Source: Stylophora pistillata
Lineage: Eukaryota
Assembly: GCF_002571385.2 (NCBI RefSeq)
Contig: NW_019217945.1
Span: forward strand, 419,090 to 483,089
Direction: 5' to 3'
DNA length: 64,000 bases
The notes beneath the pieces are model-generated. The model was not told the DNA's origin and did no database searches. It was given only the letters and a program-made list of their open reading frames with translations. Position numbers and translations under genes: made by a program. Every line of letters begins with the position of its first letter. Position 1 is the stretch's first letter. Positions 62,518 through 64,000 of this stretch are shown here, one piece after another.

Positions 62518-64000
62518 ATGGCGGGCTTTCTGAATCATTACCCACCGTACCCAGTCAACGGTCTAAACATGCCTCCGCGGACCGCGGACATGTTTTCTCC
62601 TATGGTCGCTCCGCCGTATGGTAGGCCTCCTTTATTTTTAGACGCAAAATGGGAACAATGGTCTTGTCACTCTCCACAGAACCAAAAAACCCTCGGAGTA
62701 AAGCCCTGGTCGAATATAACAATTATCTAAGACTGCCACACTACTAGTTTCTTCACCATGAGCCGTGTTTAGTGGTTTAGCATATTTTTTGAGAACGCTA
62801 TTTGATCGATCGATTATTTTACTCGTGCTATTTCTGGACGTTATTTAGTTTGGCGAGACCTCCCAGATGTGTGGGTTTAGAACTTGTAACAGGCTCTTTG
62901 CAAAAACGCGAGCACATCCAAAACTATCCTAAAACTTTTATCTAGGAATAATAAGTAATAAATTGATACTTTCTTACTTCTAAAGTTGGGGATAGATGTT
63001 TTCGTTAATGAGACATGATGGCATCTGTTTCATTTATCTACCATAGGAAATTTCCGCGCTGTAGATCTAGTCATCAAGTTTGATTCCTGTTAAGATGGCT
63101 AAAATCATTCCTTATCTTGTTCAGGAAGAACACGACGTGATTTTTCGTTCCCACAGGATTTGTGGGCGCAAACACTTTTTAAGCTGGGCCGATTTCCAAA
63201 CGAAAATGTGTTCTGCGAGAACAATTTGCAAGTGGGAGAGGATGAAGCATTTTTCCCCTTGGAAAACAACCAAACTGATTTTCAGTTATTTGTTTGGAGA
63301 CTAACTTATGTTATTCCTTAAAGAGCAGTTTCTTTGAATGATTGCTCGGGCATTAAAATGATGAATTTATTTAAAGTTTAATTCTATGATGAGAACGGAA
63401 ATATCGTCCCATTGAGACGATAAAACAACAAAAAACATGTTAAAAACACCACAATGAAAAGGTTTCAAATACCTTTGAAATGTTTGCCAAAATTCGCCAT
63501 CGTCATTGCAAACTTATAAACTCGTTCTATTCTGCTATGAAAATAGCTCACTTTTTACATTTGATATTCAAACTACAGCTAGTCGAATTCCTTTGGCAAA
63601 TTAAAGGTAGGCTCAATTCCCCACACAGATTGTACGCAAATTCAACCACAAAGGAAAAAGTTGAACAAAGTTTGATGTAGACAAATTTGTTTCATAAATA
63701 CAACTAAATGAAGCCAAAGCGACTGTGTAATCCACCATGTAAACTTGGTTCGGTCTGAGGGCAAATCCTAAAGTCGAACTTTATTGCTGTAATAAAAGAT
63801 TTCGTTGATTATAGAGGATAAACACATTTCAGTATTTTAATGCTGAGCTGGATCTAGTTTAAGCGGCAATAAAACGATTCAGGCATTTTGTAGAGTTGAT
63901 GGAACTCAATCTTTCAGGTTATCCAAGAAAACAGAGAAGAGAGAGGACCACATTTACTAAGGCTCAACTTGAAATTTTGGAAGAACTATTCTCAAAGACA
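62518..64000 (+). CDS. otx: Orthodenticle/Otx homeobox protein, paralog 2 (partial, runs off the window)
   Basis: Exon 62518-62620 MAGFLNHYPPYPVNGLNMPPRTADMFSPMVAPPY (resembles the bilaterian Otx N-terminus YLKQPPYAVNGL), donor g|gtaggc, acceptor ctttcag at 63917, exon 63918-64000+ [28 protein letters not shown]. Confidence 0.93.

Overview
AT-rich, intron-rich eukaryotic DNA. The gene sequences and repeat types point to an anthozoan cnidarian, probably a stony coral (inference). The ORF track is mostly uninformative, so the genes were assembled by hand from GT-AG exons. In order: a decayed monocarboxylate-transporter (SLC16/MFS) exon (130-587); goosecoid (- strand, 3 coding exons, 195 aa); PHF10/BAF45A (+ strand, 16 coding exons, ~553 aa); a complete Otx gene (- strand, 225 aa); ~23.5 kb of non-coding DNA; and a second, divergently oriented Otx gene running off the right edge. 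Main points of interest: (1) a compact Gsc-PHF10-Otx-Otx PRD-class cluster; (2) an extra MLL/Trithorax-like third PHD finger on PHF10, whose first exon is preceded by a 99-bp tandem array that copies its own splice acceptor, so using any upstream copy would drop the third finger; (3) short Penelope-like insertions with target-site duplications and a minimal hammerhead ribozyme motif, one nested and internally inverted. Assembly gaps: 18956-18975 and 25745-26520.
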